Shown here one piece after another: positions 1-9,163 of a stretch of DNA of 64,000 bases. This DNA is from an uncultured Gastranaerophilales bacterium (GTDB taxonomy: Bacteria; Cyanobacteriota; Vampirovibrionia; Gastranaerophilales; Gastranaerophilaceae). The position numbers were made by a program, and so were the translations under genes. Where the stretch lies: contig CAXHNV010000004.1 of the NCBI GenBank assembly GCA_964017965.1, positions 119,771-183,770 on the forward strand. The letters run 5' to 3'. Every line of letters starts with the position of its first letter. Position 1 is the first letter of the stretch. The notes beneath the pieces were generated by a model that worked only from the letters and a program-made list of their open reading frames with translations, did not search any database and was not told where the DNA came from.

Positions 1-1995
1 GGGTTTGAAAAAGATGTTGTTTTAAATGTTGCCCCAACAGCAAACAGAGGGGACGAATTCTCTGTAGTAGGTATCGCAAGAGAACTTTCAGCTATATTTG
101 AAAGACCGCTTAATTTCTCTTACCTTGAACCTACAAAGGACTTTTCTACAGATAGCTTTAAGGTAGAAATAAAAGATAATGACGTTTGTAAATACTATTC
201 TATCGGGGTTGTAAAAGACATCACTATCAAACAATCTCCTGATTGGATGCAAAAAAGATTACTCGCTTCAGGTATCCGCGCAATCAACAACGTAGTTGAT
301 ATTACAAACTACGTATTACTTGAATACGGGACACCTCTACACGCGTTTGATTACGATAAGCTAAACAACTATTTATGCGTAAGAAGAGCGAACGAAGGCG
401 AAAAAATCACAACACTTGATGAAGTTGAAAGAACTTGTACAACAGATACAGTCTTAATCTCAACAGAGACAGAAGGTGTTTGCGTAGGCGGAGTATTTGG
501 CGGTTATAACTCAGAAGTAACAGATAGTACCAAAAACCTTGCGCTTGAAGCAGCGTACTTTACACCATCTGCTATAAGAAAAAGTGCAAGAAGCATCGGC
601 TACCGCTCAGAAGCAAGCTCAAGATACGAACACGGTGTTGATATACAAGCTGTTGCACCAGGATTAAGAAGAGCTCTTCAATTATTAGTTGAATTCGCAG
701 ACGCAAAAATTGAAGGTATTGTTGAAACAGGCTCTTACGAAGTTGAACTTCCTGAAATAACATTGAGATACTCTCAAGTTAACAAAATCTTAGGCTGCAC
801 AATCGAAGCGTTCAAATGCCAAACAATCTTAGAACACTTGGGCTTTGAATACCTCGGCGGTAACGAGATTGCTGCAAAATTCAGAGTTCCGTCATTCAGA
901 GCAGCTGATGTAACAAGAGAAGTTGATTTAATTGAAGAAGTTGCAAGAATCTACGGTTACGATAAGATTGCTCCAACCCTTCCAAACAAAACAGCTACAC
1001 CTGTTATAACATTGGAAGAACGTACAAAAAACAAACTCCATGAAATAATGAGAGCTTACGGGCTGAATGAAATGGTAACATCTTCTTTAATAGGAAAACC
1101 GTTATTAAAACAGTTTGATATGAACTATGATGAAGAAAATGCTGTTTGTGTGGAAAACCCGGGCAGTGAAGAGTTCACAATGCTTCGTCAAACAATGGCT
1201 GCAAGTATGTTAAACTGCTTGAAATATAACTACGACAACGGTCAAAAAATATTCTGGGGTTATGAACTTGGAAAAACTTACATAAAAGAACGTGAAGCAA
1301 CAGAAAAAGATTCAGGGGTTAAAGAAACTCAGGTGCTTGCAGGTATAATAACAGGTGAAATAAACAATTCAATCTGGCAGCATTCTGCAAAAACTGATTT
1401 CTATACGGTTAAAGGATTAGTTGATAACCTATTGAATGAGCTCGGCGTTGCAAACAGAATCAAAGTTGCACCGATTAAAGAATCTCCTCTTGCAGATTCT
1501 CACAGAGCACTTCATCCTTATAGAACAGCCGTTCTTACATTGTTAGGTAAAACACCTCAAGTTATCGGTTATTATGGTCAGGTTAACCCTGAATTAAGAG
1601 ACAAGCTAAAGATTAAACAGGATATGTTCTTATTTAAACTTGATGTTGATGCTCTGGTTTCTGCTATTAACGAAAAAACCGTTCGTTATAAAAAATTAGC
1701 ACAATATCCGGAAGTTCAAAGAGATTTAGCTGTAATTATTCCAGATAAGGTTAGTTACGCAGAGCTTGAAAAAGTTATCCAAAAAGGTGTTCAAAACAAC
1801 CTATTCAAAGGCTGTGACGTATTCGACGTATATCAAGGTGAACACATTCAGGAAGGGTTCAAGAGCATAGCTTGCAGAATCAGAATGCAAGACGTTAACT
1901 CAACATTAACAGATGAAACTGTTGAAACCCAAATGGCTAATGTTAGAGCAGCACTGAAAAAAGCGTTCAATGAAGTTTCTTTCAGAGAGGGTTAA
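1..1995 (+). CDS. pheT: Phenylalanine--tRNA ligase beta subunit (5' end outside window)
   Basis: Frame 1 is open from base 1 (GFEKDVVLNVAPTANRGDEFSVVGIARELS...) and continuous with the listed 247..1995 ORF. NNVVDITNYVLLEYGTPLHAFD and the C-terminal FDVYQGE...RIRMQ pattern are typical of PheT. Confidence 0.9.
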   Translation, partial: GFEKDVVLNVAPTANRGDEFSVVGIARELSAIFERPLNFSYLEPTKDFSTDSFKVEIKDNDVCKYYSIGVVKDITIKQSPDWMQKRLLASGIRAINNVVDITNYVLLEYGTPLHAFDYDKLNNYLCVRRANEGEKITTLDEVERTCTTDTVLISTETEGVCVGGVFGGYNSEVTDSTKNLALEAAYFTPSAIRKSARSIGYRSEASSRYEHGVDIQAVAPGLRRALQLLVEFADAKIEGIVETGSYEVELPEITLRYSQVNKILGCTIEAFKCQTILEHLGFEYLGGNEIAAKFRVPSFRAADVTREVDLIEEVARIYGYDKIAPTLPNKTATPVITLEERTKNKLHEIMRAYGLNEMVTSSLIGKPLLKQFDMNYDEENAVCVENPGSEEFTMLRQTMAASMLNCLKYNYDNGQKIFWGYELGKTYIKEREATEKDSGVKETQVLAGIITGEINNSIWQHSAKTDFYTVKGLVDNLLNELGVANRIKVAPIKESPLADSHRALHPYRTAVLTLLGKTPQVIGYYGQVNPELRDKLKIKQDMFLFKLDVDALVSAINEKTVRYKKLAQYPEVQRDLAVIIPDKVSYAELEKVIQKGVQNNLFKGCDVFDVYQGEHIQEGFKSIACRIRMQDVNSTLTDETVETQMANVRAALKKAFNEVSFREG

Positions 1996-1997
1996 TC

Positions 1998-2639
1998 TTG
2001 ATTAGAAATATTCTGACAGCATTTGTTATAGTATTGGGGTTTGTGGGCATAAGTTTTGCAGATGTTATGCCGTTAGCTATGTCAGAGATTCCTGCTAAAT
2101 CAATCGGGGTTTATCAGGTTAGCAGCTCTAAGTTGACGGTTTACGATAAGCCAACTAATAACGCTAAGGTCGTTTACGAAGAAACTATCGATTATTCTCA
2201 CTACCTCGATAAGACAACCAGCCCTGTATTTTGCGTTATTCTGCCAAAGAAACAACTTAGTTATCTTTATGCAACAGACTGCTACGATGAATGGGTGGAA
2301 GTTATTTATAACAAAGCAAAGAATTCAATCGGCTGGGTAAAAAAAGACGATTTCTTCCAGTTTTTACCATGGGTAAATTTTTACGGAATGTACGGTAGAA
2401 AATATGGTTTAGTTGAACTCAAAACAGGTCAAAAATTCAACGGAACACTACATTCTCAACCCGATGAGAATTCTCAAATAGTCGCGAATGTTGTTAAACC
2501 TGTTAGAATACGTTTGACCTCAATAGAGGGTAACTGGGCGCTGGTTTCAATACTAGATATTACAGGAAGCGTTCATACAGGGTATCTGCAATGGCGAACT
2601 CAAGACGGTAAATATTTTGTTTTTCCGGAGTTTAAATAA
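1998..2639 (+). CDS. Hypothetical secreted/anchored protein with SH3b-like segments
   Basis: TTG start 2 nt after the pheT stop. Hydrophobic N-terminus (ILTAFVIVLGFVGISFA). GWVKKDDF and TGYLQW resemble bacterial SH3 repeats. Function unknown. Confidence 0.4.
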   Translation: MIRNILTAFVIVLGFVGISFADVMPLAMSEIPAKSIGVYQVSSSKLTVYDKPTNNAKVVYEETIDYSHYLDKTTSPVFCVILPKKQLSYLYATDCYDEWVEVIYNKAKNSIGWVKKDDFFQFLPWVNFYGMYGRKYGLVELKTGQKFNGTLHSQPDENSQIVANVVKPVRIRLTSIEGNWALVSILDITGSVHTGYLQWRTQDGKYFVFPEFK

Positions 2640-2641
2640 CG

Positions 2642-3334
2642 ATGTTTAAAGAGAAAGTTATCGATAGCGGCAAGGTGTTTTATTCTGATTTAATCCCTGA
2701 ACTAGAGCACTTTTTTACAACAAGAGAATCATCTTTAAATACAGAAAAAAACAAGAAACTAACAGCAAAATATTTAGGTATAGATGTTGATAGTTTAGTA
2801 GCTCCAAATCAGACACATAGTTCAAATGTTGCTGTTGCAAGATTAGGAATGAGCAATTACCCTGAAACAGACGCGTTGATTCTTACGAATAAAGAGCAGG
2901 CTGTATACTTACGGTTTGCAGACTGTGTTCCCGTTATTATTTATGACAAAAAACAGAATATCGCTGCAATATCTCATGCCGGCTGGAGAGGAACAGTAGC
3001 AAGAATAGTTCCTAAAACTATAGCAAAAATGCAATCTGATGTATCCGATATATATGTTATTATAGGCGCAGCCATAGGAAGCTGCTGTTATAGTGTCGGA
3101 GAAGAGGTTATTACAGGTATAAAAAACTCTGTTGAAGACTATTCCCGATTATTAAAAGACACCTTTGTTGATTTGAAACTTACAAATGCGCAACAGGCTA
3201 TTGAATTAGGTATTCCTGAGTCACAAATCGATATTTGTCCGTTTTGTACAAGCTGCAGGAACGATTTGTTTTATTCATATCGAAAAGAAAACGGCACAAC
3301 CAACCGACACAATGCCGTTATAAAATTAAAATAG
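2642..3334 (+). CDS. pgeF: YfiH/PgeF family laccase-domain protein (DUF152)
   Basis: Motifs NQTHSSNV, ADCVPV, HAGWRGT and CCYSVG, about 230 aa, match the YfiH/PgeF family. Confidence 0.8.
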   Translation: MFKEKVIDSGKVFYSDLIPELEHFFTTRESSLNTEKNKKLTAKYLGIDVDSLVAPNQTHSSNVAVARLGMSNYPETDALILTNKEQAVYLRFADCVPVIIYDKKQNIAAISHAGWRGTVARIVPKTIAKMQSDVSDIYVIIGAAIGSCCYSVGEEVITGIKNSVEDYSRLLKDTFVDLKLTNAQQAIELGIPESQIDICPFCTSCRNDLFYSYRKENGTTNRHNAVIKLK

Positions 3335-3399
3335 AGTATTAACTTTTGTAACAAAAATATATTAAGAAGTGTAACAATTTAGTCGAAAAACACCCGTTT

Positions 3400-3417
3400 T
3401 TTGTAAATTTTTGTAAC
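3400..3417 (-). promoter_or_regulatory. HLR1-like direct repeat (minus strand reads GTTACAAA-AA-TTTACAAA)
   Basis: Plus strand tt-TGTAAA-tttt-TGTAAC with 10-bp period. The reverse complement matches every defined position of (G/T)TTACA(T/A)(T/A)-NN-(G/T)TTACA(T/A)(T/A). Additional single TGTAAC boxes lie at 3347 and 3370. Confidence 0.5.
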
Positions 3418-3445
3418 GAATTTGGGGCAAAATACATATATTAAT

Positions 3446-3473
3446 TAAAGATTCTCATATAAAGAGCCGTAAA
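3446..3473 (+). promoter_or_regulatory. Sigma-28 (FliA)-type promoter candidate
   Basis: TAAAGATT (3446-3453), a 12-nt spacer, then GCCGTAAA (3466-3473). Enterobacterial consensus is TAAAGTTT-N11-GCCGATAA. It lies 57 nt upstream of the ATG at 3530. Confidence 0.5.
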
Positions 3474-3529
3474 CAAGAGTACCTAGGGAAATTATCGTAT
3501 TACGTAAAAAAGGGAAAAACGTTCGAACA

Positions 3530-6451
3530 ATGGGTATGTCATCATCACAAGCAAGACTGCTAACTTTAACGGCTCGTCTTCATAGCATCGAACATAAGGC
3601 TCAAAAGCTTGAAGCCGATAAGTTGCGCTTGGCTAATGATAGTGACAGAGTGTATGAAACCTACTTAGAGAGACTTGATGCAACTAAACTTCAGTACAGT
3701 GCTTTGACTGCAGACGGTACTATGACTTTCAAAGACGCAACTTTGAATGCTATGGAAAACGGTATTATTGGTAACTGGAACGGTGAAACTTCTAAGAACA
3801 TACTGTTCTTACAAAGTTTAGACGGTAAAGTACTTGTAACACCTGCTGTTGCTGCTAAATACGGTTTGGTTTCATCAGCAGATGAAACTCGTGACCTTGA
3901 TACTTTCGTTCACGATACAACAGGCAAAAACAAGACTGCAAGACCTGTTAACAAACAAGTTCCTGTATATCGTGATGAACAACACATGGTAGACAAAGTT
4001 GTTGATGATACTGACAAAGTACTTGACTTCACAAGAATCACTAACAAAGAAACTAAAGCACCTGTTAACGATGTACAACACACATACAATCCTGTAGCAA
4101 ACATCGATGGCGGTATCGATTACAGCGCATTAGAAGGTTATGCAAAATTCGACCCTTCACATAGCGCTTCAACAGCAGGAGCAACAGCCATAACTTCTTC
4201 TACAACAGAATTAACAGCTGGCGGAACATACACAGTAAATGATGCAGCCGGATTACAAAAATTAGCTCAATTAGCTAACGCAACAAACACTGCCGGTACA
4301 ACAATCATATTGGCTAACGATATCGATATGAGCGGTGTTACAGGCTGGAGCGGTATTTCAAACTTTGCAGGTACTTTTGACGGTAACGGTCACAAAATCA
4401 CTAACCTAACAGGTTCTCAAGGTTTATTCGCATCTACAAGCAATGCAACTATTAAAAACATCGGTTTAGAAAACATCAACATCAATGGTTCTTCTTATGT
4501 TGGTGGTTTAATTGGCAATTCAGGTACAAACACCAATATTACAAATTGTTATACAACAGGTACAGTAAAAGGTACCGGTAGCAATGTTGGTGGCTTGGTT
4601 GGCGCACATAACGGTAACGGACGTTTTGATAATGTATATTCAAGTGCTAATACAACAGGTTCTTCAAACGTTGGTGGCTTAATCGGATATATGCACTGTG
4701 GTCCGGGTTCTGTATTTGATTTATTAAACTGCTATGCAATTGGTAATGTTACCGGTACAACAAATGTTGGCGGATTAGCAGGTGATATGTATTACGATGA
4801 AGATTCTCGTAACACTGATATTACTGATATCGTTAACGCATATTCAGGCGGTAATGTATCAGGTACTGATAAAGTTGGTGGTTTTGTCGGTAATATTCTT
4901 TACTGGGGTGACGGCGGCGACTATTGTAAAATAATCAAATGTCAATCAACAGGTAAAGTAAACGGTACAAGCAATGTAGGTGCTTTTGCAGGTTCAATCA
5001 TTGTTAAATTAGATAGCGGCGCAGGTTGGGAATCTGATGATCAAAAATATGTTAACTTCATCGATTCAGGTTATGCAAACAACACAGGTGCATCATCACC
5101 TTATGGTTGTATCTATGATTCTGATGGTAATGACGTAACTCCTTTGGTTCAATCTACAGGTTCTACCGGTGGTCTTGTTTCATTCCAAATGGCAGGTTCT
5201 ATCCCTTCTATCAACTCTGACGGTTCAGGCGACTTTATGCAAAACATTATCGCAGCTTTAATTAAAGCAGGCGAATACGACCCTTGCGATCCTGAAGTTT
5301 CTGCAGCAGACAAAACAGCTATGGAAACAAAAGTTAAAAACTTCCTTAAATCATTCTCTGATAACGATGCAGACAACGCAAAATTATGGTACTTAAACAC
5401 CGCTATCAACGAATTCATTAACGGTACAGGCTCTGCAAACTTAGGTTCTGCTCTTGCTCAAGATATTAACAACGGTACAAAAACTGCTACAGCTGCGTTC
5501 CAAACAGGTGCAGCTCTAGACGGTAAAGTTGGCAGAGGCGTTGCTTCAGGTAACACTGTTCATTCAGGTACTCACAATATCCAAAAAGGTGAAATAGAAA
5601 TCCCTTCTGTTTCAAATATCGCAACATCATTATTCTATGCACTTAAAAAATCAGGCAACGAAGTTGCACAAGCTGATATCAATACCTGGATAGCTCAATA
5701 CAACACTTCTAATGCAACAGACAAACAATACCTTGCAAACCTAAACAACGATATTCAACAAGGTACTAATATGGCAGCAATCGCAGCATCAATCAATGCA
5801 GGTACTAAATATACAAACAACGCAATGTATGACACTAAAGACTATGATATTAAATTTGCTGCTAACCAAACAATCACTCCTACTTACGATAAGAAAACTA
5901 TTCAAGAATGGGACGGAACTTACGTTCAAGTATTTGATCACTACGATGAAGTATTTGACCACAACGAATACTTCTGGGACACAACTGACCCTGATATTGC
6001 TAATGCAATCGCTATGTATGCAATGATTAAACGCGGTGTAACAGTTGTTACAGATGAACAAGCTGCAAGCTATACATGGTTAGTAAATATGGTTAATGTT
6101 GGTGAAGCTGTATTCACAACTTTCAACCCTGAACAAGTTGCAGCATTTGCTAATATGTCAGAAGACGCTATTAACAATATGTCTGACGCTGAATACGAAG
6201 AATTTATGGGTATCAAAAACACATCAGTTTCAGTAGAAACTTTCATTATGGAAGTATCTGATGAAAAAGATTTGAAAAAAGCTGAAGCTCAATATGAAGC
6301 AGATATGTTGAAAATCAACAAAAAAGACAGATACTACGATACACAATTAGCTGCTATCGAAAATGAAAGAACAGCTATTATCGACGAAACTGAAACATTA
6401 AAAACTGTTATCAAAGATAACGTTGACAGAACATTCAAATTGTTCTCATAA
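3530..6451 (+). CDS. Large protein with conserved helical termini and GLUG-repeat core (flagellin-like architecture; family unknown)
   Basis: 973-aa ORF. N-terminal about 60 aa and C-terminal 58 aa are paralogous to ORF 14985..15905. No signal peptide or TM segment. The core is Gly/Asn/Thr-rich. Confidence 0.65.
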   Translation: MGMSSSQARLLTLTARLHSIEHKAQKLEADKLRLANDSDRVYETYLERLDATKLQYSALTADGTMTFKDATLNAMENGIIGNWNGETSKNILFLQSLDGKVLVTPAVAAKYGLVSSADETRDLDTFVHDTTGKNKTARPVNKQVPVYRDEQHMVDKVVDDTDKVLDFTRITNKETKAPVNDVQHTYNPVANIDGGIDYSALEGYAKFDPSHSASTAGATAITSSTTELTAGGTYTVNDAAGLQKLAQLANATNTAGTTIILANDIDMSGVTGWSGISNFAGTFDGNGHKITNLTGSQGLFASTSNATIKNIGLENININGSSYVGGLIGNSGTNTNITNCYTTGTVKGTGSNVGGLVGAHNGNGRFDNVYSSANTTGSSNVGGLIGYMHCGPGSVFDLLNCYAIGNVTGTTNVGGLAGDMYYDEDSRNTDITDIVNAYSGGNVSGTDKVGGFVGNILYWGDGGDYCKIIKCQSTGKVNGTSNVGAFAGSIIVKLDSGAGWESDDQKYVNFIDSGYANNTGASSPYGCIYDSDGNDVTPLVQSTGSTGGLVSFQMAGSIPSINSDGSGDFMQNIIAALIKAGEYDPCDPEVSAADKTAMETKVKNFLKSFSDNDADNAKLWYLNTAINEFINGTGSANLGSALAQDINNGTKTATAAFQTGAALDGKVGRGVASGNTVHSGTHNIQKGEIEIPSVSNIATSLFYALKKSGNEVAQADINTWIAQYNTSNATDKQYLANLNNDIQQGTNMAAIAASINAGTKYTNNAMYDTKDYDIKFAANQTITPTYDKKTIQEWDGTYVQVFDHYDEVFDHNEYFWDTTDPDIANAIAMYAMIKRGVTVVTDEQAASYTWLVNMVNVGEAVFTTFNPEQVAAFANMSEDAINNMSDAEYEEFMGIKNTSVSVETFIMEVSDEKDLKKAEAQYEADMLKINKKDRYYDTQLAAIENERTAIIDETETLKTVIKDNVDRTFKLFS
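4310..5010 (+). repeat. GLUG-type repeat module (protein level) inside the 973-aa ORF
   Basis: Six spaced copies of the G-G-[LF]-[IVA]-G motif (YVGGLIGN, NVGGLVGA, NVGGLIGY, NVGGLAGD, KVGGFVGN, NVGAFAGS). They are preceded by FAGTFDGNGHKITNL, as in GLUG-motif beta-helical surface proteins. Confidence 0.55.
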
Positions 6452-6504
6452 TCTATACCTTCCCAGCTAATTGAAAAATACCATTAAAAGCTAAAAATAA
6501 GATT

Positions 6505-7857
6505 ATGAAAGTTGTAATTATAGGAGGCGTAGCAGCAGGCGCAAAAGCTGCCGCCAAAGCAAAAAGAATGTTACCTGATGCTCAGGTAGATATTTATACA
6601 AAAGATACACACGTATCATATTCTTCGTGTGGTCTGCCTTACTATGTTCAAGGCAACTTTGAAGACTACCATAAACTAATAATAAGAACCCCTGAAAAAT
6701 TTAAACAAGACGGTATTGATGTTCATCTTTTAAGCGAAGTTATAAAGATAATGCCTGAAAAAAAAGAGATAATAGTACTTGACTTAGAAAAAAACACTGC
6801 TTATCCTGTATATTATGACAAATTAGTTGTTGCAACAGGTGCATATCCGATTGTTCCAAAGATAAAAAATGTTACTCTAAAAAATGTGTTTACACTAAGA
6901 ACGCTAGAAGACGGTATTGCCTTAAGAGAAAAACTCAGAGAATCCTCAAAAGCTGTAATTGTAGGTGGTGGATATATCGGACTTGAATTACTTGAAGCGT
7001 TTGTATCAAATAATGTTTCTACAACATTGATAGAAAGCAATCCTCTAATAATGCCGGCACTTGATAGTGAAATAGCAAAACTTGTGCAAGACTACGCACT
7101 ATCATATAAACCGGATTTAACCCACATAATAAATAACGACAGAGTTGTAGAAATAATAGGTGATGATGAAGTAACTGCTGTCAAAACAGAATCTGGACAA
7201 ATAATAGAAACAGACCTGGTTCTTCTATCTGTGGGAGTAAAACCCGCTGTTGAACTGGCAGTCTCAGCAGGAATAGAACTTGGTTCAACAGGGGCAATAA
7301 AAGTAAACAGCAGAATGGAAACAAACGTTCCTGATATATATGCTTGTGGTGACTGTATAGAAGAAGTTTATACAATGACGCTTACACCTGCGTGGATACC
7401 TTTAGGTTCTACCGCAAACAAAGAAGGACGCTGTGCAGCAATTAACCTTGCAGGAGGCGTAGATGATTTCGAAGGAGTATTAGGTTCCAGTGTGACAAAA
7501 TATTTTGACCTTACAATATCAATGACAGGGTTTACAGAAAAAACGGCTCGCCAAATGGGGTTTGACGCAATCTCAGTGACTATAACAAAACGTGATAAAG
7601 CAGGTTATATGCCTGAAGTTGAAAACGTAACCCTAAAACTCGTTGTTGATAGACGTTCACATAAACTGCTCGGCGGACAGGCAATCGGCTGCGGAGACGC
7701 TGATAAACGTATAAATACTCTATCAACTGCACTATTAAAACAAATGACCGTTGAAGAACTCGCAGGAGCTGATATAACATATTCACCTGCATTCTCAACA
7801 TCAATAGACCCGCTGATTTCAGCAGCCAGACTTGTTATCGATAAACTTAGAGGTTAA
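6505..7857 (+). CDS. FAD-dependent pyridine nucleotide-disulfide oxidoreductase (CoA-disulfide reductase / NADH oxidase family)
   Basis: GGVAAGAKAA dinucleotide fold, single redox Cys in SYSSCGLPYY, and a second GGGYIGLE motif. Confidence 0.8.
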   Translation: MKVVIIGGVAAGAKAAAKAKRMLPDAQVDIYTKDTHVSYSSCGLPYYVQGNFEDYHKLIIRTPEKFKQDGIDVHLLSEVIKIMPEKKEIIVLDLEKNTAYPVYYDKLVVATGAYPIVPKIKNVTLKNVFTLRTLEDGIALREKLRESSKAVIVGGGYIGLELLEAFVSNNVSTTLIESNPLIMPALDSEIAKLVQDYALSYKPDLTHIINNDRVVEIIGDDEVTAVKTESGQIIETDLVLLSVGVKPAVELAVSAGIELGSTGAIKVNSRMETNVPDIYACGDCIEEVYTMTLTPAWIPLGSTANKEGRCAAINLAGGVDDFEGVLGSSVTKYFDLTISMTGFTEKTARQMGFDAISVTITKRDKAGYMPEVENVTLKLVVDRRSHKLLGGQAIGCGDADKRINTLSTALLKQMTVEELAGADITYSPAFSTSIDPLISAARLVIDKLRG

Positions 7858-8661
7858 TTATTTTAAACCCCATTTCTCTCTAAGGGCATTAAGCTTACCC
7901 TGTTTATCCATATCGGTAATAACATTATTAACCGTATTCAAAAGAGTTGCAGATTCATCTGTTTTTCTAAACGCAACCCCGTAAAAATCTTTAGAATATT
8001 TTCTAGAGATTATTTGAACACCTGAATCAGCTAACGCAAAACGTCTAAGAATAGCGTCATCTGAAGTAATAGCTAATACATCGCCTCGTTTCAAAGCTTG
8101 GTAAGCTTCATCATAACTCTTATACCCCAAAACTTTTGCAGTCGGTAATAAGAACTTCATTGTCTGCTCTGCTGTTGAACCAAAGATTACACCAACTTTT
8201 TTATCACTCAAATCCGCCATTGAACGAACCGGACTTCCGGTTCTAACCAATAATGTTTGTCCCGTCAAATAATATGGTTTTGAAAAATTAACAGATTGCA
8301 AACGATTCTGGTTAATAGTAAGCGTAGCTATAACCATATCCAATTTATTTAGATTTAGCAAATACAACCTGTTATTATCAGATACAGGTACAAATTTAAC
8401 TTTTTGCGGATCATGAAATATCTCTCTGGCAATCTCGTGAGCTATATCAACATCAAAACCTGAAATAGTACCTGAACCGTCAATAAATCCGAAAGGCTTT
8501 GTATCTGTTTTTACACCAACGATAATATAACCTCGCTTAGTAACAGTTTTGTATAAATCTTCCGTTTTTTTATTTGCTGCATCATTAAAATAATCAACAG
8601 CATAAAACACACCAAAGATAACTATAGCAAGTATTAATAGTACTAATGTTCCTCGTTTCAT
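7858..8661 (-). CDS. Amino-acid ABC transporter substrate-binding protein (family 3)
   Basis: N-terminal membrane anchor, then typical SBP-3 segments (GFDVDIAHEIA, TINQNR, KPYY, GVIFGSTAE). No permease or ATPase gene is adjacent. Confidence 0.75.
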   Translation of the reverse strand: MKRGTLVLLILAIVIFGVFYAVDYFNDAANKKTEDLYKTVTKRGYIIVGVKTDTKPFGFIDGSGTISGFDVDIAHEIAREIFHDPQKVKFVPVSDNNRLYLLNLNKLDMVIATLTINQNRLQSVNFSKPYYLTGQTLLVRTGSPVRSMADLSDKKVGVIFGSTAEQTMKFLLPTAKVLGYKSYDEAYQALKRGDVLAITSDDAILRRFALADSGVQIISRKYSKDFYGVAFRKTDESATLLNTVNNVITDMDKQGKLNALREKWGLK

Positions 8662-8755
8662 AACTATATTATGCCATTTTTATACATTTTTGTAAATATA
8701 TTATAAAATATTAACAGATTCATCAATATATGCTAAACTAAAGCAGGAGGGCAAA

Positions 8756-9163
8756 ATGAAAGCTGTAGAATATTTTATGCAAGGTAACTCTTGCTCAGAA
8801 AGTGTAATATTAGAAGCCTGTGATAAAGGTTATTGTTCACGTGACTTGTTAAGTGTAGCAACAAGTTTTTCCGGAGGAATCGGCTCAGGTTGTTTATGCG
8901 GTGCTGTTTCAGCATCACTAATGGTTATAGGGAACCTTTTCGGAAAAGAGAATTCTAACAACAATCCCGTTATAGCAAGAAAACTCGCACAAGAGTTTAT
9001 GACAAAATTTAAAGAATCCCACAAAGCAACTTGCTGCAGAGTGCTTTCAAGAGGGTTTGAAATGGGTTCTCCCGAAAGAAAAAAACACTGTTGCAACTTT
9101 GTTGAATTTTGTTCAAATCTATTAGAAAACGTTATTGAAAAAGAAACGATTAAGCATGAGTAA
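8756..9163 (+). CDS. C_GCAxxG_C_C family protein
   Basis: Cys pattern CSESV ... GSGCLCGAVSAS ... CC ... CC matches this small redox-type family. Confidence 0.65.
   Translation: MKAVEYFMQGNSCSESVILEACDKGYCSRDLLSVATSFSGGIGSGCLCGAVSASLMVIGNLFGKENSNNNPVIARKLAQEFMTKFKESHKATCCRVLSRGFEMGSPERKKHCCNFVEFCSNLLENVIEKETIKHE

Noticed and set aside
3344-3420. Possibility that the TGTAACA boxes are NtcA/CRP-type palindromes (TGTA-N8-TACA)
   Set aside because: No inverted TACA partner occurs at the right spacing at any site. The boxes are direct repeats with 10-11-bp period, which fits an OmpR-type rather than a CRP-type regulator.
7858-8661. Orphan ABC components: a solute-binding protein here and the OppF-like ATPase at 33993..34946, both without partner permeases
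   Set aside because: Partner genes can be encoded elsewhere, and scattered ABC components are common. I see nothing in the sequence itself to suggest novelty.
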